From Deltaproteobacteria bacterium HGW-Deltaproteobacteria-12 (lineage in GTDB: Bacteria; Desulfobacterota; Syntrophia; Syntrophales; Smithellaceae): DNA of 64,000 bases. Below, piece after piece: positions 24,707 through 32,794 of this stretch; position 1 is the stretch's first letter; every line of letters starts with the position of its first letter. Made by a program: the position numbers and the translations under genes. The stretch covers positions 58,503 through 122,502 of the forward strand of contig PHBK01000014.1 in the NCBI GenBank assembly GCA_002840565.1, given 5' to 3'. The notes beneath the pieces are model-generated. The model did not search any database and was not told the DNA's origin. It saw nothing but the letters and a program-made list of their open reading frames with translations.

Positions 24707-25048
24707 CTAGCGGCCGGGAACAATGAGTTTAGATGATTCCTGACGCTGCATTTCCTTGGCTTCGGCAATCATTGCCTGAACCGTTTTTTCAATTGCTTCT
24801 GGTAATCTGGCCGCTGCCTCGCTGAGGGTATTTGCTCCTTCAATATGGCACTGCACGGGAATCGGGCCATTGGGGGACATGAGCTGGGCTATTCCGGTAA
24901 AAATTACCTCCCTGCTCTCATCAATCGAGCCGTCAATCTTGACGGGGGAGAGGCGCCGGATCGTGGCATAGGTCAGGTCGGTGAAAGATTCTTCCTTGTA
25001 AAGGTTATCGACATTTATCTTGATGTCTGTCATCTTAGGTTCGCTCAT
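24707..25048 (-). CDS. Conserved hypothetical cytoplasmic protein
   Basis: NLYKEESFTDL..ATIRRLSPVKIDGS...SKLIVPG pattern; RBS GAGGAG. Confidence 0.75.
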   Translation of the reverse strand: MSEPKMTDIKINVDNLYKEESFTDLTYATIRRLSPVKIDGSIDESREVIFTGIAQLMSPNGPIPVQCHIEGANTLSEAAARLPEAIEKTVQAMIAEAKEMQRQESSKLIVPGR

Positions 25049-25204
25049 TTGTTGTCTCCTCTTTGTATATGCGGTTTTTTAAATCTGTCCCGAAAAACAG
25101 CAGAAAATGCCCGCTCAACTGTTTGGGGATCATTTTTAGCTTTCGTACACTGAAAAAGGCGCATGGTCAAATAATATTAGGAGAGCAGCGACAAATTCTG
25201 AGAA

Positions 25205-25828
25205 TCAGGCCGGGATAAAACCAAGTTTTTTCTTAATCCATTGGAGCGGGAAAAGCATTGATACTGTCTTGGAATATTCCAGATAAGCATCGCCGAATTC
25301 CGCAACGAGCTTGCGTTCCTCGAGCAGTGTGCCGACCAATACGTAGATGCTCAGGATGACATTGGTGATGAGTGTTGTTATATCCAGATCGTTGGCCCAG
25401 ATGAGCGGGAATATTCCCGCATAGAACGGGTGACGCACCACACCCAGAATACCGGTTGAAGAAAGCACGCCGGTTTCGTTGATCAGTTTAGAACTGGTTT
25501 TTTCTTTTATTTGGGCCCAGCCGGAAAATTGACTAAGGCTGTAATGCCTTGCTCCGGCAACGAAGAGAAAAATTCCAGTGAGCAAAAGAGCGTATTTGAG
25601 GGGAAGCAGATATTCCGGCCAGATAAAAAAAGGCTCCTGTTTGATCGACTGCGAATAGATAATTACCGGAAGCAGGGTAATTATGGAGAAAATATTATAA
25701 AACAGCCGGTAAAAGCGGTAGGCGCCACCCAGTCTTTGTTGAAGAAAATCAGTCACGGATGTGCTGATCAGCCAGCTATGCAGTACGCAATAGATGATCC
25801 AGGAAAGTGCCAGAAGATAATATTTCAT
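25205..25828 (-). CDS. Membrane S-/carboxyl-methyltransferase-like protein (ICMT/NnrU/MddA-like)
   Basis: ATG 25828 (MKYYLLALSWIIYCVLHS), YRFYRLFYN, C-terminal GILGVVRHPFY...EERKLVAEFGDAYLEY ICMT-type motif. Confidence 0.8.
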   Translation of the reverse strand: MKYYLLALSWIIYCVLHSWLISTSVTDFLQQRLGGAYRFYRLFYNIFSIITLLPVIIYSQSIKQEPFFIWPEYLLPLKYALLLTGIFLFVAGARHYSLSQFSGWAQIKEKTSSKLINETGVLSSTGILGVVRHPFYAGIFPLIWANDLDITTLITNVILSIYVLVGTLLEERKLVAEFGDAYLEYSKTVSMLFPLQWIKKKLGFIPA

Positions 25829-25917
25829 GGTCGCACCTGCGCTAAAACCAGTTTGCCGGTAAGTTTTCTTTGCGCGGTCGATGAACTGCTGCGTGTTGTC
25901 ATGAGGGAAATCAGATG

Positions 25918-26244
25918 TCAGCAGCAGCCGGCGCTTTTGCTGTTTTTTGCCGGATTGTCGTTTACGGGTCCGCAGCAGCATTCGCCGCCGTTGCGTCCCA
26001 GCAGTGAGTTGATGACAGCAGCCGCACAGCCGACACCGGACTGCACGGAAATGGCATTGGCCGGGCAATTCTGACTGCATGCCCCGCATTCCATGCAGGC
26101 ATCGCGACTTTGTATGGCTGCATGTTTGCTGTTCATTGTAAAAACTGCATGAGGGCAGACGTTCAGGCACATCCCGCAGCCGGTGCATTTTTTTTGGTCG
26201 AGCTGCAAAGTAACAACATTTCTAAGATAAACTGAATTATTCAT
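25918..26244 (-). CDS. hgcB: Mercury methylation ferredoxin HgcB
   Basis: YLRNVVTL, CTGCGMCLNVCPH, diagnostic CMECGAC, GVGCA, Cys-rich tail; immediately after hgcA. Confidence 0.96.
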   Translation of the reverse strand: MNNSVYLRNVVTLQLDQKKCTGCGMCLNVCPHAVFTMNSKHAAIQSRDACMECGACSQNCPANAISVQSGVGCAAAVINSLLGRNGGECCCGPVNDNPAKNSKSAGCC

Positions 26245-26253
26245 TATCAACTC

Positions 26254-27411
26254 CTAAGAAATAAATATTGCGCCTATCCACATCAAAAGACCGACTGTGC
26301 CCAAGGCAATCTCCAGAGGCAGCGCCCAGCGCATTTCCTTCTTCACTCCGGAAAGAGATGTATAAGTGGAAGCGCCGGTAAAATTCATAGCCAGGTACCC
26401 GGACACGGCGGGAATAATCATCAGCCAGGCCAGGGCTTCGATCCTTCCTGCCCAGGCTTGTAAATTGATATCCCGCAGATAAAGAAGCAGCAGCGCGACA
26501 ATCATGCCCAGTGTAAAACCCTTGGTGGAAAACGCCCTTCCGGGCAAGTAAGGCAGCAGCAGAGGATTTAAAACCGCTCCGCTGATAATAGCGCTCAAGA
26601 ACGCGAGAACGGCAAAAACACCATAGTTGACGCTATTGGCCCAGAAGCCGGCAGGACCTCCGATGCCGCTTAAAACAAAGAGAACCGGAGCTATGATCAG
26701 AAATGGTTTTACTGCGTAAACAAGTTCAATGGGAATCAGCACGGCCCGGTCGGCTAAAGGGAAAGTCATTATCCGCATTGCGGGTGTGGTCTGCCATCCG
26801 GAATCAAGATACTCCGGCAGGTCTTTCGCCCTGATTGGTCCGTAATATACTGTAAAACCGGCTATCTTTTTCACGGTGTGGCCGGCCACTCCCGGTGCCC
26901 CCAGCTGCGGCAGGATTAACTTTCTGTGGCGGACAATATTTTTCAAACCGCTTGCTTCGATTCTGTTGATCAGTTCTACTGTGCCGAATGTCCCTTTGCC
27001 GGCGGCGCACCACACATTGATTCCCTTTGTATCCAGCACTAAAATCCAGGCGTTTCTGCCGGGCAGCGAACTACGCAGCATGTCAAAACTCATTTTGTAG
27101 TTGGCAGTGACTAAAACCGGCGAATTTTGATCAGGATTTTTCAGAGCGTACAGACCAGGATCAACCATGTAGTCCATTCTGCCGACGCCCCAGCGGGCCC
27201 TGACTGTTCCCCAGTTATCGCGTCTGCTCAATTCGGACGATACCTGCGGTATCTGCCCCAGGACGGTCGGAAGCGAACCGGTAATAAAAGGTTGATCCAT
27301 TCTTGGCACAATATTTCTCACCTGTCTTATTGCCGGGCAGCAACCGGGTTCCTCTGAAATTACCGGTAAAATAATTGGACTCCCACTGGAACAACTGGTT
27401 TTTTGATCCAT
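26254..27411 (-). CDS. hgcA: Mercury methylation corrinoid protein HgcA
   Basis: Cap helix GINVWCAAGKGTFG, PVLVTANYKMSFD, LPQLGAPGV, C-terminal TM domain with NFTGASTYTSLSGVKKEM. Confidence 0.98.
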   Translation of the reverse strand: MDQKTSCSSGSPIILPVISEEPGCCPAIRQVRNIVPRMDQPFITGSLPTVLGQIPQVSSELSRRDNWGTVRARWGVGRMDYMVDPGLYALKNPDQNSPVLVTANYKMSFDMLRSSLPGRNAWILVLDTKGINVWCAAGKGTFGTVELINRIEASGLKNIVRHRKLILPQLGAPGVAGHTVKKIAGFTVYYGPIRAKDLPEYLDSGWQTTPAMRIMTFPLADRAVLIPIELVYAVKPFLIIAPVLFVLSGIGGPAGFWANSVNYGVFAVLAFLSAIISGAVLNPLLLPYLPGRAFSTKGFTLGMIVALLLLYLRDINLQAWAGRIEALAWLMIIPAVSGYLAMNFTGASTYTSLSGVKKEMRWALPLEIALGTVGLLMWIGAIFIS

Positions 27412-27415
27412 GACC

Positions 27416-27982
27416 CTATCCTTTCGGCTTTCCTTTTCTTGACGCACCAAACTCTACCTGAGTAATTGAATCCTTTGCCATCGGCGGAGTTTGGCATATC
27501 GGAATCGGTTTTCCCGCTTCTGCCGGAAACTCTTCGCAGCAGCTGTAGCCCGCCGCCGAATTTTTAATGGCATTGATAAAAATATTAATTGATTCCAATA
27601 CATCCGCTCTTTTTTCCTCGGGAATATTTTTCGTTATTTTCTGGAAAAATCCGGCCAGACACAGCGAAACTTTTTGATGAATGATTTTGCCTTCCGGCGT
27701 CAGAAAAAGAGTTATGGCGCGGGAATCATGAATCGCCTGATCTCGCCTTAACAGGCCTTTAGAAATCAAAGGATTAACCAGTCGCGTGGCTGTGCTTTTT
27801 TCGACGGAAAGGATTTTGCGCAATTCCCCCATGTTCAGCTCGTTTTGCTTTGCCACGGCATCAAGGATCATAAACTGATGAAAAGTAACACCTTCACAAA
27901 AGGCAACATCCTGGCGGCAAAACCTTGTAACCTGCGCCATCCCCATAAATATTTCCATCATTCCCGCATTCTGCTCACTCAT
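27416..27982 (-). CDS. MarR family transcriptional regulator with Cys motifs
   Basis: GVTFHQFMIL...VEKSTATRLVNPL..KGLL.R....DSRA..L.LT.EG winged helix. ATG 27982 after GGAG; stop lies 4 bp before the hgcA ATG. Confidence 0.9.
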   Translation of the reverse strand: MSEQNAGMMEIFMGMAQVTRFCRQDVAFCEGVTFHQFMILDAVAKQNELNMGELRKILSVEKSTATRLVNPLISKGLLRRDQAIHDSRAITLFLTPEGKIIHQKVSLCLAGFFQKITKNIPEEKRADVLESINIFINAIKNSAAGYSCCEEFPAEAGKPIPICQTPPMAKDSITQVEFGASRKGKPKG

Positions 27983-27992
27983 TTTTGTCTCC

Positions 27993-28028
27993 ATGGTTGT
28001 ATGATACAACCATATTGCTTTTTGTCAA
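27993..28028 (-). promoter_or_regulatory. Sigma70 promoter overlapped by a 21-bp palindromic operator
   Basis: Minus strand TTGACA-16-TATCAT; ATGGTTGTAT-G-ATACAACCAT (27993-28013) has perfect 10-bp arms covering the -10. Confidence 0.8.
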
Positions 28029-28130
28029 GGGTAAAGATTGACAGGGCAAAGATTGATTGCTGTGTTTAAGACCAATATTCAATCCGCTTATTCGCATTAA
28101 AAATACTTAGCGAAATTAAAAACATATTTA

Positions 28131-28162
28131 TTGACTTAATAATTTAACTGGATCAATTTAAT
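28131..28162 (+). promoter_or_regulatory. Shared promoter/operator motif, copy 1
   Basis: TTGACTTaatAATTTAActggaTCAATTTAAT; same layout at 29517 and 38018. Confidence 0.7.
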
Positions 28163-28239
28163 GCTCTAAAACTTTAACTTTTGTCAGGCATTACCGAAAA
28201 ACTCATTTTTCCGAGCACGATAAATATCAAAGGAGGGCG

Positions 28240-29466
28240 ATGCAAATGGAACAGGAGATTAAGGTTTATCGGTACAGATGGGTAGTTCTGCTGGTATACT
28301 TTTTAATCAACGCATTAATGCAGATACAGTGGATAGCGTTTGCTCCCGTCACCAGCGAAGCGGTCGTGTTCTACCAGGTGTCCGCACTGCAAATCGATCT
28401 TGTTTCGCTGATTTTCATGATCGTTTATCTCTTCATATCTTTTCCGGCATCATATATTATTGACACTTGGGGCATCAGAATCGGCATCGGCATCGGCGCC
28501 GCACTGATGGGTATTTTCGGGTTTGTTAAAGGTATCTATGGTGCGAGCTACGAGATGGTAATTATTTCTCAAATCGGCATTGCAGTTGGCCAGCCCTTTG
28601 TCTTGAATTCGGTTACTAAAGTTGGCGTCCGGTGGTTTCCCCTGCATGAGCGGGCTACGCAGGCCGGCATCAGTGTTTTAGCGCAATTCGTCGGGATTAT
28701 TATAGCGATGGCGCTCACACCGGTTCTTTTCAAGATGTACGGAATGGAGAAGATGTTGCTGATCTATGGTATTGCCACGCTGGCCGGTGCTCTTATCTTT
28801 TTAATATTTAACAAAGAGAAGCCGCCCCTGCCGCCCTGTCCTCCCGGAACGGATGAACGTATTGCGGTCTTTGCCGGTTTGAAACATATCTTTAAGCAAA
28901 AGGATATGGTCTATCTCATCATTTTCTTCTTTGTAGCGCTGGGAATTTTTAACGCGGTAACAACCTGGATCGAGCAGATTATCAGTCCGCGCGGTTTTAC
29001 CATTACGGAGGCCGGTATCGCAGGGGCCTTAATGATGATCGGCGGCATCGTCGGCGCTTCCATCTTGCCCGTCCTTTCCGATAAAATGCGCAAAAGAAAG
29101 GTTTTTATAGTTATTGCGTCTATCGGTGCCATTCCCGGACTGGTCGGAATGACTTTTGCCGGTACTTACGCAATGCTCCTGGCGTCATGTCTCATATTCG
29201 GTTTTTTCCTCATGGCGGGCGGGCCGATCTGCTACCAATACAGTGCTGAGATCAGCTATCCGGCGCCCGAGGCTACGTCGCAGGGATTGCTGATGCTCGC
29301 CGGTCAGATTTCGGGAATAATCTTTATCTTCGGTATGGATATACTGACAGCGGCCGGTTCTTCCAAAACGCCGGCGATGCTCATTTTCCTTGCGCTGATG
29401 GCAGCGAATGTATTTCTGATCTTGAAGCTGAAGGAATCAAAAATGGTTGCAACCGATGCTATATGA
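28240..29466 (+). CDS. MFS transporter, FLVCR/SLC49-like
   Basis: 12-TM MFS with YRWVVL...QIQWIAFAPV...FYQVS..QID..S..FM..Y, WFP.HER and SAEISYPAPE motifs typical of the SLC49 family. Confidence 0.85.
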   Translation: MQMEQEIKVYRYRWVVLLVYFLINALMQIQWIAFAPVTSEAVVFYQVSALQIDLVSLIFMIVYLFISFPASYIIDTWGIRIGIGIGAALMGIFGFVKGIYGASYEMVIISQIGIAVGQPFVLNSVTKVGVRWFPLHERATQAGISVLAQFVGIIIAMALTPVLFKMYGMEKMLLIYGIATLAGALIFLIFNKEKPPLPPCPPGTDERIAVFAGLKHIFKQKDMVYLIIFFFVALGIFNAVTTWIEQIISPRGFTITEAGIAGALMMIGGIVGASILPVLSDKMRKRKVFIVIASIGAIPGLVGMTFAGTYAMLLASCLIFGFFLMAGGPICYQYSAEISYPAPEATSQGLLMLAGQISGIIFIFGMDILTAAGSSKTPAMLIFLALMAANVFLILKLKESKMVATDAI

Positions 29467-29516
29467 AAAAGTCTGCTTTTATTTTTTAGCTCTGCACTGC
29501 AGAAATGCAACAATTA

Positions 29517-29548
29517 TTGACTTTAAAAATTAATCATGTCAATTTAAT
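29517..29548 (+). promoter_or_regulatory. Shared promoter/operator motif, copy 2
   Basis: TTGACTTtaaAAATTAAtcatgTCAATTTAAT; a perfect ATGCAA-N4-TTGCAT palindrome follows at 29585-29600. Confidence 0.7.
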
Positions 29549-29708
29549 ACGACCCGGACATTTCGCTGAAGACAATTGTTGATAATGCAATGTGTTGCAT
29601 AACCGGTTAAATTTTATCTTCAACCGGGGCAAGGTAACTGCGACGCCGGTGGATAAAAAGAATTATTGTTGGCAAGTGTGCTCCAAATACTAAATATGAG
29701 GTGGTATT

Positions 29709-31307
29709 ATGGCAAGCAGCAACAAGTACATACTGGCCATTGACTTGGGCACTTCCGGTCCCAAAACCGCTTTAATCTCTGTCTATGGGGAGGTGGTGGA
29801 CAGCGAGTTTAAAGATACCCCTGTTATCTTGCTTCCCGATGGCGGTGCGGAACAGGACCCGCAGGGATGGTGGAGCGCTATTATTGCCACCGCGAAAAAA
29901 GTCATCAGCAAAAACATTGTCTCGCCTGGTGATATCGTTGCCGTGAGCGTGACCTCCCAGTGGTCCGGGACCGTTGCCGTGGATCAGGAGGGCCATTCCT
30001 TAATGAATGCCATCATCTGGATGGATTCCCGGGGGGCCGGGGTGGTTCAGGAGATATTGAAAGGCCTGATTAAAATAGATGGCTATCCGGTGCGCAAAAT
30101 GATGACCTGGCTGAAGCTGACCGGGGGCGCCCCATCTCTATCCGGCAAAGATTCGCTCTGTCATATTCTCTGGCTAAAAAGGAACCATCCGGATTTATAT
30201 CGCAGGACATATAAATTTCTTGAACCCAAGGATTATATCAACTTCCGTTTTACCGGCAAATTTGCCGCCACGTATGATTCGATTTTGTTGCACTGGGTGA
30301 CTGACAACCGTGATCCGTCGCATGTCGTTTACTCGGACAAGCTGCTCAAAATGGCCGAAATGGAGCGTTCCAAGCTGCCCGATCTGATTGCGGCGATGGA
30401 TATTCTGGGTCCGGTGAAAAAGGAAATATGCCGCGAACTGGGCTTAAAAGAGGGCACACCCGTCATCGGCGGCAGTCCGGATGTGCCGTCAGCGGGCGTA
30501 GGTTCCGGCGCAGTGCGAAACTATGAGGGTCATATTTATATCGGCACATCATCCTGGATATCCGCTCACGTTCCTTTCAAGAAGACGGACATCTCGCATA
30601 ATTTCGGTTCTTTTCCCAGTCCGATCCCCGGCCGTTACCTCATTCTTTCCGAGCAGGAATGCGCCGGTAAATGCCTGACCTGGCTGAGGGACAATGTTTT
30701 GTATCATAAAGATGAATTATTGATGGAGGAATGTGCGCCGGATATCTTCAAGGTGCTGGACAAAATCGTGGAGCGCGTTCCGGCCGGCGCCAACAGCGTG
30801 ATTTTTACTCCCTGGCTTTACGGAGAACGTTCTCCGGTCGATGATTGCCATATCCGGGCTTCCATGTTTAATCTGTCCCTGGAAAATACGCGGGAGGACA
30901 TTGCCCGGGCTGTTTATGAGGGTGTGGCTTTCAACTCTAAATGGCTGATCGCTCCCGTGGAAAAATTCATGGGCCGGCCTTTTGCATACCTTAATTTTAT
31001 CGGCGGCGGTGCCAATTCCAATATCTGGTCGCAAATTTTTGCCGATGTGCTCGACCGGAAAATCCGTCAGGTCAAGTACCCGATCTATTCCAACGCCCGG
31101 GGTGCGGCATTCCTGGCTTCGATCGCCCTGAAATATATAACCGTGGAAGACATACCGCAGTATATTCAAATTCAGGCCGAATATACTCCCAATCCCGATA
31201 ACCGCAAAATCTACGATGAATTGTTCCGGGAGTTTGTTAACTATTACGGCGCCCAAAGAAAAGCGTGTGCACGACTGAATAAGCAGGCAGCAGGTGTCTG
31301 CAAATAG
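29709..31307 (+). CDS. FGGY-family carbohydrate kinase (xylulokinase-like)
   Basis: LAIDLGTSGPK, EQDP..WW, SQWSG, IIWMDSR, IGTSSW, GERSP, RAVYEGV, GGGANS. Confidence 0.93.
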   Translation: MASSNKYILAIDLGTSGPKTALISVYGEVVDSEFKDTPVILLPDGGAEQDPQGWWSAIIATAKKVISKNIVSPGDIVAVSVTSQWSGTVAVDQEGHSLMNAIIWMDSRGAGVVQEILKGLIKIDGYPVRKMMTWLKLTGGAPSLSGKDSLCHILWLKRNHPDLYRRTYKFLEPKDYINFRFTGKFAATYDSILLHWVTDNRDPSHVVYSDKLLKMAEMERSKLPDLIAAMDILGPVKKEICRELGLKEGTPVIGGSPDVPSAGVGSGAVRNYEGHIYIGTSSWISAHVPFKKTDISHNFGSFPSPIPGRYLILSEQECAGKCLTWLRDNVLYHKDELLMEECAPDIFKVLDKIVERVPAGANSVIFTPWLYGERSPVDDCHIRASMFNLSLENTREDIARAVYEGVAFNSKWLIAPVEKFMGRPFAYLNFIGGGANSNIWSQIFADVLDRKIRQVKYPIYSNARGAAFLASIALKYITVEDIPQYIQIQAEYTPNPDNRKIYDELFREFVNYYGAQRKACARLNKQAAGVCK

Positions 31308-31349
31308 AAAAGAATTAAACAGAAACCAAAGGAGGACTTCACTTCATTT

Positions 31350-32759
31350 ATGGAATATCAGGAAATCTTAACCAGAAGAAAAGAGATGCTGTCCAGGCCG
31401 GTGCGCCCGATCCCGCCGGAGAAGCTCGCCGCAGAGCATAAGCTCTATGCTGAGCGCTGCAAGCGGTCGATCGATATATTCGAGAAAGCTAAAGGCATGA
31501 TTCCCGGCGGTGTCGAGCATAACTTAAGCCAGAATAAGCCCTTTCCTCTGGCCATGGACCGGGCTAAAGGCTATAAAATGTGGGATGTGGACGGCAATGA
31601 GTATATTGATTATCTTCTGTGCGGCGCGCCCATTATCCTCGGTCACGGTTACGAGCCCCTCGATGAAAAGATTATCGAAATTATCCGGCAAAAAGGGCCG
31701 GCCACCGGTCTGACCTCGGAATATGAACTCCTGGCCGCTGAAGAAATTATCAAACACATGCCCGGTGTGGACATGGTCCGCTTTCTTCAGTCCGGGACTG
31801 AAGCGGATATGGCGGTCATTCGCATTGCCCGGGCCTTTACCGGAAAACTAAAAATCATTAAGATTGGCGGCAGTTATCATGGGTGGTCTGACCAGATGGT
31901 CTATTCGATTCATATTCCGCAGACCGGAGCCCTGGAGGCCAGAGGGATTCCGGCTGAATGTTTTGCCCACATCGTTGATGTCGCGCCGAATGATTTCGAG
32001 GCCCTCGAGAAGGCCTTCCAGGATAATCAGGATAAGGGTGGAATTGCCGGTGTTCTGGTTGAACCCGTTGGCGGCGAATCCGGCGCCCATCCGGTTCATC
32101 CCGATTGGAATAGGGCGATCCGCAGGTTATGCGATCAGTACGGATCACTTATGATCTTCGACGAAGTGGTTACCGGCTTTCGGCTGGATATGGGTGGCGC
32201 TCAGAAATTCTACGGCATCATGCCGGATCTGACTGTGCTGGGCAAAATCATCACACACGGTTATCCCTCGTCCGGAGCGGTGGCCGGCAGAAAGGATGTC
32301 ATGAAAGTCTGTGCGGGCGGCCTCGGGGAAAAAGTTTTTGCCGGCGGCACGCTGGCCGCAAACCCCATTTCCATGGCGGCCTGCTACTATGCCCTGAAGC
32401 TCATGGTGGAAAATGACGCTGTGGGCAAGGCAACCGCTTATGCCAACAGGCTTGCTAAAGCTTTAAACGATCTGTTCGCGACACGCCCCGATCTGGGGTT
32501 TTTTGTCTATAATTTCGGGGCAATCATGCATTATATGACGACTGCATTTTTTTCCGTGGACCTGGCTGCGCCGGACGCGCTGGCTCAGATTCTCACCCGG
32601 AAACAAGTTGCGGATGACTATCAGGTTGTGACGATGGCTCACGGTCTGTGCACCCTGGCCGGAACCCGCATGTACACCTGCATGCAGCACGATGATGAAG
32701 CGTTGAAGAAAACGTTGGAGATCTGGGAATATCTGCTTTCGCTGATTCCCAGGAGTTGA
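31350..32759 (+). CDS. Class III PLP aminotransferase, GSA-aminomutase-like but not HemL
   Basis: WDVDGNEYID, SGTEA, SYHGWSD, FDEVVTGFR, LGK, GGTLAANP; lacks the HemL NSPVR motif. Confidence 0.88.
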   Translation: MEYQEILTRRKEMLSRPVRPIPPEKLAAEHKLYAERCKRSIDIFEKAKGMIPGGVEHNLSQNKPFPLAMDRAKGYKMWDVDGNEYIDYLLCGAPIILGHGYEPLDEKIIEIIRQKGPATGLTSEYELLAAEEIIKHMPGVDMVRFLQSGTEADMAVIRIARAFTGKLKIIKIGGSYHGWSDQMVYSIHIPQTGALEARGIPAECFAHIVDVAPNDFEALEKAFQDNQDKGGIAGVLVEPVGGESGAHPVHPDWNRAIRRLCDQYGSLMIFDEVVTGFRLDMGGAQKFYGIMPDLTVLGKIITHGYPSSGAVAGRKDVMKVCAGGLGEKVFAGGTLAANPISMAACYYALKLMVENDAVGKATAYANRLAKALNDLFATRPDLGFFVYNFGAIMHYMTTAFFSVDLAAPDALAQILTRKQVADDYQVVTMAHGLCTLAGTRMYTCMQHDDEALKKTLEIWEYLLSLIPRS

Positions 32760-32794
32760 AGATATAACATTTATCTTAAAAGGAGCAGAAAACC

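Noticed and set aside
25826-25920. Sec read-through of the hgcB TGA (CC-UGA)
   Set aside because: HgcB normally ends in a Cys-rich tail; no convincing SECIS, and the read-through peptide is featureless.
25829-26188. Long N-terminal extension of the 327-aa ORF, suggesting an hgcB overlap or fusion
   Set aside because: It is an alternate frame over hgcB; the membrane protein starts plausibly at ATG 25828.
31350-32759. hemL assignment
   Set aside because: HemL-specific motifs are missing and there is no tetrapyrrole gene context.
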